A DNA stretch of 64,000 nt from Melioribacter roseus (GTDB lineage Bacteria; Bacteroidota; Ignavibacteria; Ignavibacteriales; Melioribacteraceae), in the NCBI GenBank assembly GCA_020722005.1, contig DYLP01000009.1, positions 12,227 through 76,226 of the forward strand, read 5' to 3'. The translations under genes were made by a program, and so were the position numbers. Under the pieces are notes generated by a model. It had not been told where the DNA came from, did not search any database, and was given only the letters and a program-made list of their open reading frames with translations. The first letter of the stretch is position 1. Each line of letters starts with the position of its first letter. Shown piece after piece: positions 20,457-29,710 of the stretch.

Positions 20457-20672
20457 TTATAGATTACTGAATCGATAATATAAATAGATAACTAATATTA
20501 ATAATACCAGCCAGATTAAAGGACTTCGCCCCTTCTTTTTAAATTTTCTAGTTCTGTTAAAGCCGAGTTGTTTTCTTAAACGTTCCTCGCGGTCTTCTTC
20601 GGGTTTATAAAACCGCGGTATATACTCAAAATCCTTATGTTTGGGCTTTTTAATTAACATACCAACTCTCAA
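20457..20672 (-). CDS. Small hypothetical protein with C-terminal TM helix
   Basis: Basic N-terminus (FEYIPRFYKPE) and a hydrophobic C-terminal helix; 4-nt overlap with the upstream gene. Confidence 0.7.
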   Translation of the reverse strand: MRVGMLIKKPKHKDFEYIPRFYKPEEDREERLRKQLGFNRTRKFKKKGRSPLIWLVLLILVIYLYYRFSNL

Positions 20673-21583
20673 TTTGAGATAATTCTAAGTTTGTTTTTTA
20701 ATATTGTAACATTAATTTCTGATGCTCGTTCCGATATAATCTCGCCGTCTGCATGTACATAATACGGTTCCTTGAGTTTGATATTGACCTTTTCTGAATT
20801 AAAGAAAACTGCTTCTTTTGCCGATTCAAGTTTGTTCATCACTGCCAAGGGAAGTTTAAGAAGTATTCTTAGCCTCGACATATGCTCAATAATACAGATA
20901 TCGAGTAAATTGTCGTCAATTTTCGCCTTTGGGGTCAAATAGAATCCACCTCCAGAAGTCTGACCATTGCCAATGGTTATTAATAATTTTTTACCATTGA
21001 TTTGTCCTGAATCCGATTTTAATTCTACATCCAGTGGTTGATAATTCATTAAACCGACTACAACTGCAAAAATATAAGAAATAATACCATTTAGGCGTTT
21101 CGACCTCTGGTTTAATTTTGCTACTAATGCATCAAAACCAATACCCAAACTGTTGATAAATCGGAAATTTATTTCTCTGTCATCTTCTTTAATTTTTACA
21201 TTACCGATATCAAAATTTTTTACAGTTGTAGAGTTAAAAATTAGATTTAGATTTCTATTAATATTTTTATCTAATCTTAAATTTCGTGCGAAGTCATTAC
21301 CTGTACCAAGCGGCAGGACACCTAAGGAAAGATTTAATTCTGGATTGATGCCGTTAATTACTTCATTAAGTGTTCCATCACCGCCAACGGAGATTAGATG
21401 TGTGAAATTTTTCGATAATTTTTCTACAAGGCTTATAATATGTCCTGGAAATTCAGATATCTCGATATGATGTTCAACCTTTTTTCGAAAGAGAAACTCT
21501 TTTATCTTTACGAGTGAATCTAAGGCTTTTCCCTTACCAGCAACAGGATTAATAATAAACAAATATTGACGCTTGTTATTCAT
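20669..21583 (-). CDS. Diacylglycerol/lipid kinase family (YegS/DagK-like)
   Basis: NPVAGKG, GGDGTLNEV, LPLGTGNDFA and HADGE. Confidence 0.92.
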   Translation of the reverse strand: MNNKRQYLFIINPVAGKGKALDSLVKIKEFLFRKKVEHHIEISEFPGHIISLVEKLSKNFTHLISVGGDGTLNEVINGINPELNLSLGVLPLGTGNDFARNLRLDKNINRNLNLIFNSTTVKNFDIGNVKIKEDDREINFRFINSLGIGFDALVAKLNQRSKRLNGIISYIFAVVVGLMNYQPLDVELKSDSGQINGKKLLITIGNGQTSGGGFYLTPKAKIDDNLLDICIIEHMSRLRILLKLPLAVMNKLESAKEAVFFNSEKVNIKLKEPYYVHADGEIISERASEINVTILKNKLRIISN

Positions 21584-22513
21584 TTAATTACCAAACATCG
21601 CTTCAATGAATTCTTGAGGCGAGAAATCCTGTAAATCTTCAATCCCCTCTCCTACACCGATATATTTAACTGGAATTTGTTTCTCCGCTATTATTCTGAA
21701 AATGACTCCACCTTTGGCTGTTCCGTCGAGTTTAGTTATAATTATTCCAGTAGGTTTTGTATATTTTTCAAATTCTTCAACTTGACGAACTGCATTTTGT
21801 CCAGCGGTGCCATCAAGAACCATCAATACTTCGTTGGGAGCATATGGAAGCAGATTGTTAATTACACGATGAATTTTGTTAAGTTCATCCATTAAATTTT
21901 TATGTGTATGTAATCTACCTGCTGTATCAATTATAACAACGTCTGTACCATCTTTTTGAGCAGATTTAATTGTATCAAATGCAACTGCGGAAGGTTCCTT
22001 AGAATTTGTACTAATAATATCAACTCCAGCTTTCTTTGCCCATACTTCGAGTTGGTCATTAGCGGCAGCTCTGAAAGTATCAGCCGAACCAATTTTAACT
22101 CTCAAACCTGATTTCTTAAAATTATAAGCTAATTTACCTACAGTAGTTGTTTTGCCTGAACCATTAACACCAATTATAACAATAACATAAGGTTTTTTAG
22201 ATAAATCAATTTCTCCATTGTTATTTACCTGATTTAACAATGATTCAAGTTCTTCTTTTATTATTTTCCGAAAGTTTTCAACAGATCGGTCAGTTTCTTT
22301 TTTAAAGAGTGCCCTTGCTTTTTCGATTATTTCTTCGGCAATTTGAGAACCGATATCGCTTGTAATCAATATTTCTTCGAGTTCTTCGAGCGTTTCCTCG
22401 TCAACTTTTGCCTTGCCACTAATGGTTTCCGATATTTTATTGAACAAATTTTCGCGTGTTTTTGACAAACCCTCTTTTAGTTTACTGAAATTTATGTTTT
22501 TAAATAGTTTCAT
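21584..22513 (-). CDS. ftsY: Signal recognition particle receptor
   Basis: GVNGSGKTTT, DTFRAAA, DTAGR and TKLDGTAKGG; probable start ATG 22513. Confidence 0.96.
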   Translation of the reverse strand: MKLFKNINFSKLKEGLSKTRENLFNKISETISGKAKVDEETLEELEEILITSDIGSQIAEEIIEKARALFKKETDRSVENFRKIIKEELESLLNQVNNNGEIDLSKKPYVIVIIGVNGSGKTTTVGKLAYNFKKSGLRVKIGSADTFRAAANDQLEVWAKKAGVDIISTNSKEPSAVAFDTIKSAQKDGTDVVIIDTAGRLHTHKNLMDELNKIHRVINNLLPYAPNEVLMVLDGTAGQNAVRQVEEFEKYTKPTGIIITKLDGTAKGGVIFRIIAEKQIPVKYIGVGEGIEDLQDFSPQEFIEAMFGN

Positions 22514-23081
22514 TTTTTTTGTACCATTTAATTGATTCATATGCTCTAACAGAATAACCTATTAATGAGAGATAACAAAGTAAAAGACTTAAATAAAATA
22601 CGATTTTATAAAAAAAGGTAATTTCACATCCAGTGATAACCAGGAGCAAGTATAAGCCAATCGAGAAGGCTGTAATTTTACCCAAAAGATTAGATGGAAG
22701 TACTTTTTTAATTATTTGGGAAACAATTATTCCTCCCGAAAAAATAAGCAGATCGCGTAAAATTACAGTCCAGAAATAAAGTGGTACTATATATTCGTGA
22801 CGATAAAGTTGTAAAATTATGACAAATATCACAATTTTATCGGCAAGAGGATCAATAATCTTTCCAAATTCACTTATTTTATTGTATTTCCGAGCAATGT
22901 ATCCATCCAGTACATCAGTAAAGAAATCAATAAAAATTAAAAGTAGAACGTAATATCGATTTGTTGTTGCTTCTATATCTGATAATAATATGTATAATGG
23001 TATAGCCGTAAGTAAACGTACAAAACTAAATAAATTTGGTAATGTAAAAATATTTAATTTATTGCCTATATTATTGTTCAT
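22500..23081 (-). CDS. pgsA: CDP-alcohol phosphatidyltransferase
   Basis: TLPNLFS and DVLDGYIARK...FGKIIDPLAD signature. Confidence 0.85.
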   Translation of the reverse strand: MNNNIGNKLNIFTLPNLFSFVRLLTAIPLYILLSDIEATTNRYYVLLLIFIDFFTDVLDGYIARKYNKISEFGKIIDPLADKIVIFVIILQLYRHEYIVPLYFWTVILRDLLIFSGGIIVSQIIKKVLPSNLLGKITAFSIGLYLLLVITGCEITFFYKIVFYLSLLLCYLSLIGYSVRAYESIKWYKKNETI

Positions 23082-23101
23082 AGAATTTATATAAGTAATT
23101 A

Positions 23102-24607
23102 TTATACTAAATCATATTCTTCTTTACTTAAACCCATTTCTACATGAACAGGATATACTCCGGTAAAACAGGCTGTACAGAAGTCGGATGGTTTATGGTC
23201 AACCATTGATTCGAGCATTTCGTCTACTGTCATATATTCGAGTGAATCGACTTCTAGGTATTTTCTTATTTCTTCAACGTTACTTTTGTATTTGTATGCA
23301 ATCAGTTCTGATTGCGACGGGAAATCCATACCATAGTAGCACGGGCTGACAATTGGAGGCGAAGAAATTCTTAAATGGATTGATTTCGGATTTGCTTCGC
23401 GGAGCAAGTGTACTAATTGTTTTGAAGTGGTGCCCCTCACAATCGAATCGTCGACAAGGACAATAGTTCTATTTTCAAGAACACCTTTTACAGTATTGAA
23501 CTTAATTTTCACACCAATTTCGCGGGCTTTTTTTCCTGGGAGTATAAAAGTTCGTCCAACATAATGACTGCGGATCAGTCCTATTTCTAATCTTGAAGGA
23601 ATTCCCATTTTTACTAATTGACTTTGATAACCAATCGCGGCGGTATTTGAACTATCAGGAACGCTAATTACAATTACTTTTTCTCCATCCGGGTCTTTGA
23701 CAGGGTGTTTTTCAGCCAATATTTTGCCCAACTTTCGTCTTATTTTGTCGACATTTGTACCGAATATTTTGCTATCCGGACGCGAGAAATAGATGTATTC
23801 GAAGACACAATGTTTTTTTGAATTTTTTTCGGGAAAGATCGAAAAGGATTTAAAGGTTCCCTTTTCCAAAGTTTCTTTGTCAATTACCAGAATTTCGTTT
23901 GGTTCAACATCTCGTATATATTCAGAGGAATTTATATCGAGTGCACAAGTTTCAGATGCGATTATGAAAGCATTGTCTTTTTTTCCAACTGCCAATGGTC
24001 TGAATCCGTGAGGATCACGAGCTGCAATCAGTTTGTCGTCCGTCATAATGACTAAACTGTATGCTCCTTTAATTTGTTGTAGTGCATCTCGAATTTGCTC
24101 TATCTGGTCGTCGTATTTGCTCCTTGCTATTAAATGAAGAATCACTTCTGTGTCACTTGTAGTCTGGAAAATAGCCCCCTCGGATACTAACTTTTGTCTT
24201 AATTCTTTTGCATTTGTAAGATTGCCATTATGAGCTACGGCTAAATTACCTGAACGGTAATTGACTACAAAGGGTTGAATATTTTTTTTTGAATCTGCCG
24301 AACCTGTGGTCGAATATCGATTGTGCCCGATAGCACATGTTCCGGTCAATACATTTTCAAATAAATTCTGGTCATTAAAAACTTCGGATACTAATCCAAA
24401 ATTTTTATGATAACGAAATACTTTTTGCCCTTTTTGATTTTGTGTTGATGTTACAATACCTGCGCCTTCCTGTCCCCTATGTTGCAAAGCATGCAGTCCA
24501 TAATAAGTTTTAACTGCTGCGTCTTTACATCCGTAAATTCCGAAAACACCGCAATGACATTGTGGCTTATCGTGCGACGTATTAATCTCAATATATCTAT
24601 CCTGCAT
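23102..24607 (-). CDS. purF: Amidophosphoribosyltransferase
   Basis: Propeptide then CGVFG; LQHRGQE, HNRYST, AHNGNL, VDDSIVRGTT and Fe-S cysteines. Confidence 0.97.
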   Translation of the reverse strand: MQDRYIEINTSHDKPQCHCGVFGIYGCKDAAVKTYYGLHALQHRGQEGAGIVTSTQNQKGQKVFRYHKNFGLVSEVFNDQNLFENVLTGTCAIGHNRYSTTGSADSKKNIQPFVVNYRSGNLAVAHNGNLTNAKELRQKLVSEGAIFQTTSDTEVILHLIARSKYDDQIEQIRDALQQIKGAYSLVIMTDDKLIAARDPHGFRPLAVGKKDNAFIIASETCALDINSSEYIRDVEPNEILVIDKETLEKGTFKSFSIFPEKNSKKHCVFEYIYFSRPDSKIFGTNVDKIRRKLGKILAEKHPVKDPDGEKVIVISVPDSSNTAAIGYQSQLVKMGIPSRLEIGLIRSHYVGRTFILPGKKAREIGVKIKFNTVKGVLENRTIVLVDDSIVRGTTSKQLVHLLREANPKSIHLRISSPPIVSPCYYGMDFPSQSELIAYKYKSNVEEIRKYLEVDSLEYMTVDEMLESMVDHKPSDFCTACFTGVYPVHVEMGLSKEEYDLV

Positions 24608-24883
24608 TTTTTCTTATCTTCTTTAATAAATTTGTGATACAAAATATAACACATACTTAACACATAATAAAGATAACCAGAATGGACTTCTTTGAAAATC
24701 AATAGCTGTCAATGCAAAAAATAATGGTGATAATTGTTGCTTTATAGTTTTTCTTGAAAATATTGCTTTTTAATTTTAGTTTATAATTCACAATTACAGA
24801 TAATTTAATATGTTTGCACATACTCACGTTTTTGATGTAAATTTTAGACTATAATAAAATTTTCAAATAAATTCGATGAAGTC

Positions 24884-25795
24884 ATGAATTATGAATTAAT
24901 TAATTCCATAAATGAGCTTGCACAGAGTTACAAAAAGAGCAAAGACGAAAAACTTTTACAGGAAATTGATCGATTGCTTCGATTGCTCGAATATCAATCC
25001 TGGTACTTAAAAGCACAACTCGGAATTATCGACAATAGAAATAACGATTTTATAGAAGACGAAGAAGTTAAGAAATATGAAGAACTGTTCAGTTATAGCA
25101 ATGCATACTCTAAATTTCATCTTATAATTCCCCTGCTGATGTTTTTATTCAAAAATTACAATTACTACATGAGTGCACTGGATCTAAGTATTTCATTTAT
25201 GAAAGAATTAAAAGATTATTTGAGACCGGGTGATTATGCCAAGACAAGAACAGGCGCTCAACGTTTTATTACAAATACAAGATTTGCTTCGAATGAGTTG
25301 AGAAGATTGGGAATGCTTCGCTCTGATAAAGAACATTTTTATCATACCTGGAAATTGTCGCCTTACGGAGTGCTCATTGCCGGAAGTCTTTATATTGATT
25401 TTGTAAAGCATGATTTAAATAAATTTCTCGATTATAAATTATTACAAGAAAATGCTTACATAGATGCCCTCAATTTAATATCTTTAACAGCCACTGAGAT
25501 AGTTGAGAAGAATAAATTTATCACGATACTTGATTTTATTTTAGAGGAAGAAATAGTTTATCAAATGATGAAACTATATGAATATTCATTCAGGGAGTTT
25601 GTAATAATAATAGACGATTTTATAAAAACATGTAGAAATGAAAATAAGCGAAAAGCGGATAACGTATTAGGTAAATTTCTAAACAAACTTAAAGCAGATA
25701 GAGAAATTTCAAGACTTGCCGATTCAATAAAACTAAGAAAGGAGATTGATTACAATATAAAACAATTTTACGCAATTATAAATAATATGAAATAA
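24884..25795 (+). CDS. Hypothetical protein with central Mrr_N-like winged-helix segment
   Basis: LIIPLL...L...GD...TRTG..RF.TN.RFA...LRRLGML.S.....W.LS..G resembles the Mrr N-terminal domain by eye; no nuclease motif found. Confidence 0.6.
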   Translation: MNYELINSINELAQSYKKSKDEKLLQEIDRLLRLLEYQSWYLKAQLGIIDNRNNDFIEDEEVKKYEELFSYSNAYSKFHLIIPLLMFLFKNYNYYMSALDLSISFMKELKDYLRPGDYAKTRTGAQRFITNTRFASNELRRLGMLRSDKEHFYHTWKLSPYGVLIAGSLYIDFVKHDLNKFLDYKLLQENAYIDALNLISLTATEIVEKNKFITILDFILEEEIVYQMMKLYEYSFREFVIIIDDFIKTCRNENKRKADNVLGKFLNKLKADREISRLADSIKLRKEIDYNIKQFYAIINNMK

Positions 25796-25809
25796 GTACA
25801 AAAAAACGA

Positions 25810-25839
25810 AAAAGCCCTGTAAATGATTACAAGGCTTTT
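25810..25839. terminator. Intrinsic terminator hairpin, likely bidirectional, between tRNA-Pro and the convergent orphan gene
   Basis: AAAAGCC-C-TGTAA-atga-TTACA-A-GGCTTTT. Fully paired on the minus strand (one G-U pair) and followed by T-runs. Confidence 0.75.
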
Positions 25840-25843
25840 GGTG

Positions 25844-25917
25844 TCGGAACGGCGGGATTTGAACCCGCGACCCCTTGAACCCCATTCAAGTGCGCTACCG
25901 GGCTGCGCTACGTTCCG
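25844..25917 (-). tRNA. tRNA-Pro (anticodon GGG), CCA not encoded
   Basis: Acceptor stem CGGAACG/CGTTCCG, anticodon arm CTTGA-ATGGGGT-TCAAG and T-arm GCGGG-TTCAAAT-CCCGC. Confidence 0.97.
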
Positions 25918-26292
25918 TTACAATTTTTCTTTCAACTCTATTAAAAATTTTTTAACTGCTTCCAGATCTTCTTTTAAGTCCCGTCTGTCATGCTTTTGGG
26001 AAATAGCATCATTTTGAATTGCAAAGTTATCTTTTTCGTGTGATTTATTCAAACCAGAAAGAATTTTTTTTGCTCCTTCGATCGTATATTTTTCTTCGCG
26101 GAGTAATTTTTTTATTTCTAATATTAATTTTATGTCCTTATTTGTATAAATACGGTTGCCTGCCCTGTTCTTGCTCGGTTTAAGTTGTTCAAATTCAGTT
26201 TCCCAGTACCTAAGAATATATTGCTCTAAACCGGTTATTTTACTTACTTCACTAATAGAATAGTATAACTTTTTTAGACCGAAATCTTTCAT
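25918..26292 (-). CDS. MerR-family transcriptional regulator (ihfA-associated type)
   Basis: YYSISEVSKITGLEQYILRYWETEF...NRAGNRIYT...KYTIEGAK. Confidence 0.9.
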   Translation of the reverse strand: MKDFGLKKLYYSISEVSKITGLEQYILRYWETEFEQLKPSKNRAGNRIYTNKDIKLILEIKKLLREEKYTIEGAKKILSGLNKSHEKDNFAIQNDAISQKHDRRDLKEDLEAVKKFLIELKEKL

Positions 26293-26356
26293 GCATTTAC
26301 CTTTTTACATGCTTGAAGTAAAATAATGTAAATACATAAAATTAGCAAGATTAAAT

Positions 26357-26782
26357 TTATTTCTTGAGTAAATCTATCAGAGCGTAAACTCCCAATAAAT
26401 AACTTAGTGTTTTAAATCCACTTATATAACCGTCGCAAACTGCTGCAGTTAATGATACTTTTCTGAATGTTTCGCGACTCTGGATATTCGATAAATGGAC
26501 TTCTACCTTAGGCAGTTTACAAATTTCAAGAGCATCCCGTATCGCAACGCTTGTATGCGAATAGCCCCCAGGATTAATCAGCAAACCGTCGAAGTCAATG
26601 GTATTATTGATTTTATTAACAATACTCGATTCGTCGGGCGATTGAAAAAATTCGAATTCTATTTCAGGGAAACGATTGCGAAGCGTGCTCTCGATTGATG
26701 GCAAATCGTTATTGCCGTAATAATCTGGATTGCGAAACTTCAAAAGGTTAAGATTTGGACCATTAATTACAAGTATTTTCAT
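26357..26782 (-). CDS. aroQ: Type II 3-dehydroquinate dehydratase
   Basis: INGPNLNLL, INPGGYSHTSVAIRDA and EVHLSN. Confidence 0.95.
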   Translation of the reverse strand: MKILVINGPNLNLLKFRNPDYYGNNDLPSIESTLRNRFPEIEFEFFQSPDESSIVNKINNTIDFDGLLINPGGYSHTSVAIRDALEICKLPKVEVHLSNIQSRETFRKVSLTAAVCDGYISGFKTLSYLLGVYALIDLLKK

Positions 26783-27051
26783 GTGTTATCACTCAATTCT
26801 TCAATTATTTCTCTAATTCTGGGTGTGAGATAAACTTCATCTATGCCCAGCTCTTTTAATGCATTCGAAAGGATGAGTATTTTTTTTTGTAACGATGAAA
26901 GCTTATTAATTACAATTATTTTGTCTTCTTTCATTATGCAATAACCACCTTTAAAGTCCCCTCTTTCGAAACGTACTTTTGCTCCCATTTGAAGAGCTAT
27001 TTGTTTTAAATCCTGTAGAATGTTCTCAAATTCTTTCTCTTTTATTTTCAT
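26779..27051 (-). CDS. Conserved hypothetical protein
   Basis: Well-formed 90-aa ORF with 4-nt overlaps on both sides. Confidence 0.7.
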   Translation of the reverse strand: MKIKEKEFENILQDLKQIALQMGAKVRFERGDFKGGYCIMKEDKIIVINKLSSLQKKILILSNALKELGIDEVYLTPRIREIIEELSDNT

Positions 27052-27545
27052 GTGGTCTTTTGTAACGGTTTTAAAATTGCGAGAAATAATATTGCTAAAT
27101 TTACAAATAGATTAATTAATGGAAATCCCCCAAGTATAATAAATCGTTCTCTCAAATGAGCAATTGTTTCACTTGCAGGATTTAAATTTAGTATTTCCAT
27201 TAAAAGGTTGTAATCTTTGTATAATAAGTAAATGTTGAAGGGAGCAGTTATTATAACTAATAACAAAACCATCAACAACCAGCCTTCTTTTTTCAATTTT
27301 GGTTTCAAGAAAAGTAAGTAGAGAATTATTGATATAACTAAAAAAAGATAGCCTATTAATTTCAAAGAGATTGCGGGTGTAAGCAAAAGTAAACCTGCAG
27401 ATAAGTCGGTTCGACTAAATACTTCTTTTAATACGAGTCCCTTCGCTTCGAATAGCTGGAAGGAAATTAATAAGTCTGCTATCACTCCACACATCCATAA
27501 AAGATAAAAGAGAGCTACAATTGAAGAAAAAATTTTTATTTTCAT
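27048..27545 (-). CDS. Hypothetical multi-pass membrane protein
   Basis: About four hydrophobic segments; operonic with aroQ. Confidence 0.7.
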   Translation of the reverse strand: MKIKIFSSIVALFYLLWMCGVIADLLISFQLFEAKGLVLKEVFSRTDLSAGLLLLTPAISLKLIGYLFLVISIILYLLFLKPKLKKEGWLLMVLLLVIITAPFNIYLLYKDYNLLMEILNLNPASETIAHLRERFIILGGFPLINLFVNLAILFLAILKPLQKTT

Positions 27546-27601
27546 CGATGTAATCCGGAAAAAATTTATCTATTTTTCGGACTAAAAAATAAGAAAAAAA
27601 A

Positions 27602-28540
27602 GTGACTATTGCTTCAATCGATTTAGGCTCGAATACAGTACTTCTATTAATTGCTGAAGTAACCAATTCCGAAGTTAAAACAATTAAAAATTTTTATCGT
27701 GCTCCACGTATTTCAAAAAATTTGAAAAAAGGTGATTTTTTCCCGAAAGAAAATATAGATAGATTAATTTCAGTTTTAGATGAATACAAAAAAATAATTG
27801 AGGGACATAACTGTAAAGTTGTCATTGCAGCTGCTACGAATGCTTTCAGATTAGCTGCTAATGGATTCGCAGTTGCTGAAGAAATTAAAAAAAAATTCGG
27901 ATGGGAACTGAGTATCATAAGTGGCGAAGAAGAAGCCAAACTATCATTCCTTGGTTCGGCATATCCATTTGAAAATGTTAATTCAAAATCACTTATCGAT
28001 ATCGGAGGGGGAAGCACTGAAATTATATATGGGAATAAAAAAGAAATTTCCTACAAAAAAAGTTATCCCATCGGAGTGGTTTACTTGACTGAAAAATATT
28101 TGAAGCATAATCCACCACTTGATTCTGAATTGTACGATATGGAATCTGAAGTAAAAGCACACTTTGACGAACTGAAAAATATTTCTGGCTTAGGGGAATA
28201 TGCAATTACGATTGCTGGTACTCCAACTACACTTGCCTGTATCAAAAATAACATAAAAGTCTATGATGAAGAAATAGTAGATAAAACATTGCTTAATTTT
28301 AATGATATCAATGACTTATACAACCGTTTTAAGAGAATGAAAAGCATGAATATCTTAGAAAATTTTGGACAGGTAGTAGAAGGACGTGAAGATTTAATAA
28401 CTGCTGGCACAGGCATTCTAAAAATCTTTATGGAGTTTGCAGAAATTAAAGAATTGCACGTCAATAGTCGAGGATTAAGATATGGGCTTATATGGGATTA
28501 TTTAATAAATAAGCAGAATAAATTGGAATCCCTAACGTAA
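27602..28540 (+). CDS. Ppx/GppA exopolyphosphatase family
   Basis: ASIDLGSNT, AATNAFR, ISGEEEA, DIGGGSTE and GLRYG. Confidence 0.92.
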   Translation: MTIASIDLGSNTVLLLIAEVTNSEVKTIKNFYRAPRISKNLKKGDFFPKENIDRLISVLDEYKKIIEGHNCKVVIAAATNAFRLAANGFAVAEEIKKKFGWELSIISGEEEAKLSFLGSAYPFENVNSKSLIDIGGGSTEIIYGNKKEISYKKSYPIGVVYLTEKYLKHNPPLDSELYDMESEVKAHFDELKNISGLGEYAITIAGTPTTLACIKNNIKVYDEEIVDKTLLNFNDINDLYNRFKRMKSMNILENFGQVVEGREDLITAGTGILKIFMEFAEIKELHVNSRGLRYGLIWDYLINKQNKLESLT

Positions 28541-29201
28541 CTGTAATAAATAGAACACCAAATATAATTGAAAAAAGTAAGCTCCTCGACTGAGCAAATG
28601 TAGCACATATTGCGAGGAATAAACTCCAAACGAAAAATATTCCTTCAATTATCGATAGTAATAATGAGGGGATATATTTGAATGCAAAGGGAGGCGGGTT
28701 AAATGTAAACCAATATTGACCAAACAGTGCATATTCAACAGGTGTAAGTATAAACAACGTAAATACAACTGGAATGAATGAATAAGTATAAATAACCAAA
28801 TTATCTTTGTAACGACTTTTGATACCGGCAATCTTTAGCAAAATTGTTATTATAAAAGCCCAGACAAGCATTAATATTATAAAGATGATTGGCAGAGAAC
28901 TTAAAGTTAAATAGATGCTTTGTAAACTTCCCTTTCCTTCCGAAAAAACATTGGAAAGAATTCCTGCCGTTAATGAAATTTTGATTGCAGCAAGAATAAT
29001 TATTGATATTAAAAAATTCTTATGGTCGGCATAAATTAAAAGTTCGGCTGCTTTTACAGGTGATTCAAATAATTTTGAGGTTAACATCCAGAAATCGATA
29101 TTTGGTACTTTGCTTCGAAGATACGCTTTACAATTAATACAGTTCAGTTGATAAAACGGATTTTCGGTCATGCAGTTATTGCACTTAATGCTGTTTTTCA
29201 T
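28488..29201 (-). CDS. Zinc-ribbon + Yip1-like multi-pass membrane protein
   Basis: CxxC...CxxC at the N-terminus followed by about five TM helices. Confidence 0.6.
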   Translation of the reverse strand: MKNSIKCNNCMTENPFYQLNCINCKAYLRSKVPNIDFWMLTSKLFESPVKAAELLIYADHKNFLISIIILAAIKISLTAGILSNVFSEGKGSLQSIYLTLSSLPIIFIILMLVWAFIITILLKIAGIKSRYKDNLVIYTYSFIPVVFTLFILTPVEYALFGQYWFTFNPPPFAFKYIPSLLLSIIEGIFFVWSLFLAICATFAQSRSLLFSIIFGVLFITVTLGIPIYSAYLLNNPI

Positions 29202-29203
29202 TT

Positions 29204-29710
29204 TTAGAATCTTATTTTGAGTGACATTATCAAACTATTTGTTTTAGCCGAAACGTCAAAATCGTATAAATGTGCGTCGACATATGCGTCGAGAATATTT
29301 ATCAGATAAGTTAGACCTATAAAAACAGCGGTTAAATCACGCTGGTCTCTATAAAATTCTCTCTGGTCATAATACCGTGAATTACCATTAGGATTATTTT
29401 CGTTTATACTCTGGACGTATAGATCTCTGAAATGTTTGTATTGATCATTGTTGTCGACCCAGAAATATCCAAGAACACCTAGTGCTCCCCAGATGATCGG
29501 CGCTTTCCAGTAAGATTCGTTATAAATTTGTCCCCAACCAGGAATAATAGCACTTCTAAAAACAGCGCCCATAGGTGATTTGTGCATTATAAATTTTACT
29601 GTATCAACAGATGATGAATCGGTTTCTTGTCCAAATAAATTATTGTTTAAACCTGTGAATAGAATTATAAAACTAATTGTAATTACTATTGATAATTTCA
29701 AAGAGTTCAA
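29204..29710 (-). CDS. DUF5683 family protein
   Basis: SAIIPGWGQIYN..YWKAPIIW and ILDAYVDAHL; follows parB. Start uncertain (TTG 29710 or 29701). Confidence 0.8.
   Translation of the reverse strand: MNSLKLSIVITISFIILFTGLNNNLFGQETDSSSVDTVKFIMHKSPMGAVFRSAIIPGWGQIYNESYWKAPIIWGALGVLGYFWVDNNDQYKHFRDLYVQSINENNPNGNSRYYDQREFYRDQRDLTAVFIGLTYLINILDAYVDAHLYDFDVSAKTNSLIMSLKIRF

Noticed and set aside
24608-24883. Purine riboswitch or strong promoter upstream of purF
   Set aside because: AT-rich with no recognisable riboswitch fold; the minus-strand TTGACA at 24707-24712 has no matching -10.
24608-25917. Integrative element at tRNA-Pro with attL/attR
   Set aside because: No integrase, and no duplicate of the tRNA 3' end found by eye in the purF-proximal gap; only a single-gene islet can be suggested.
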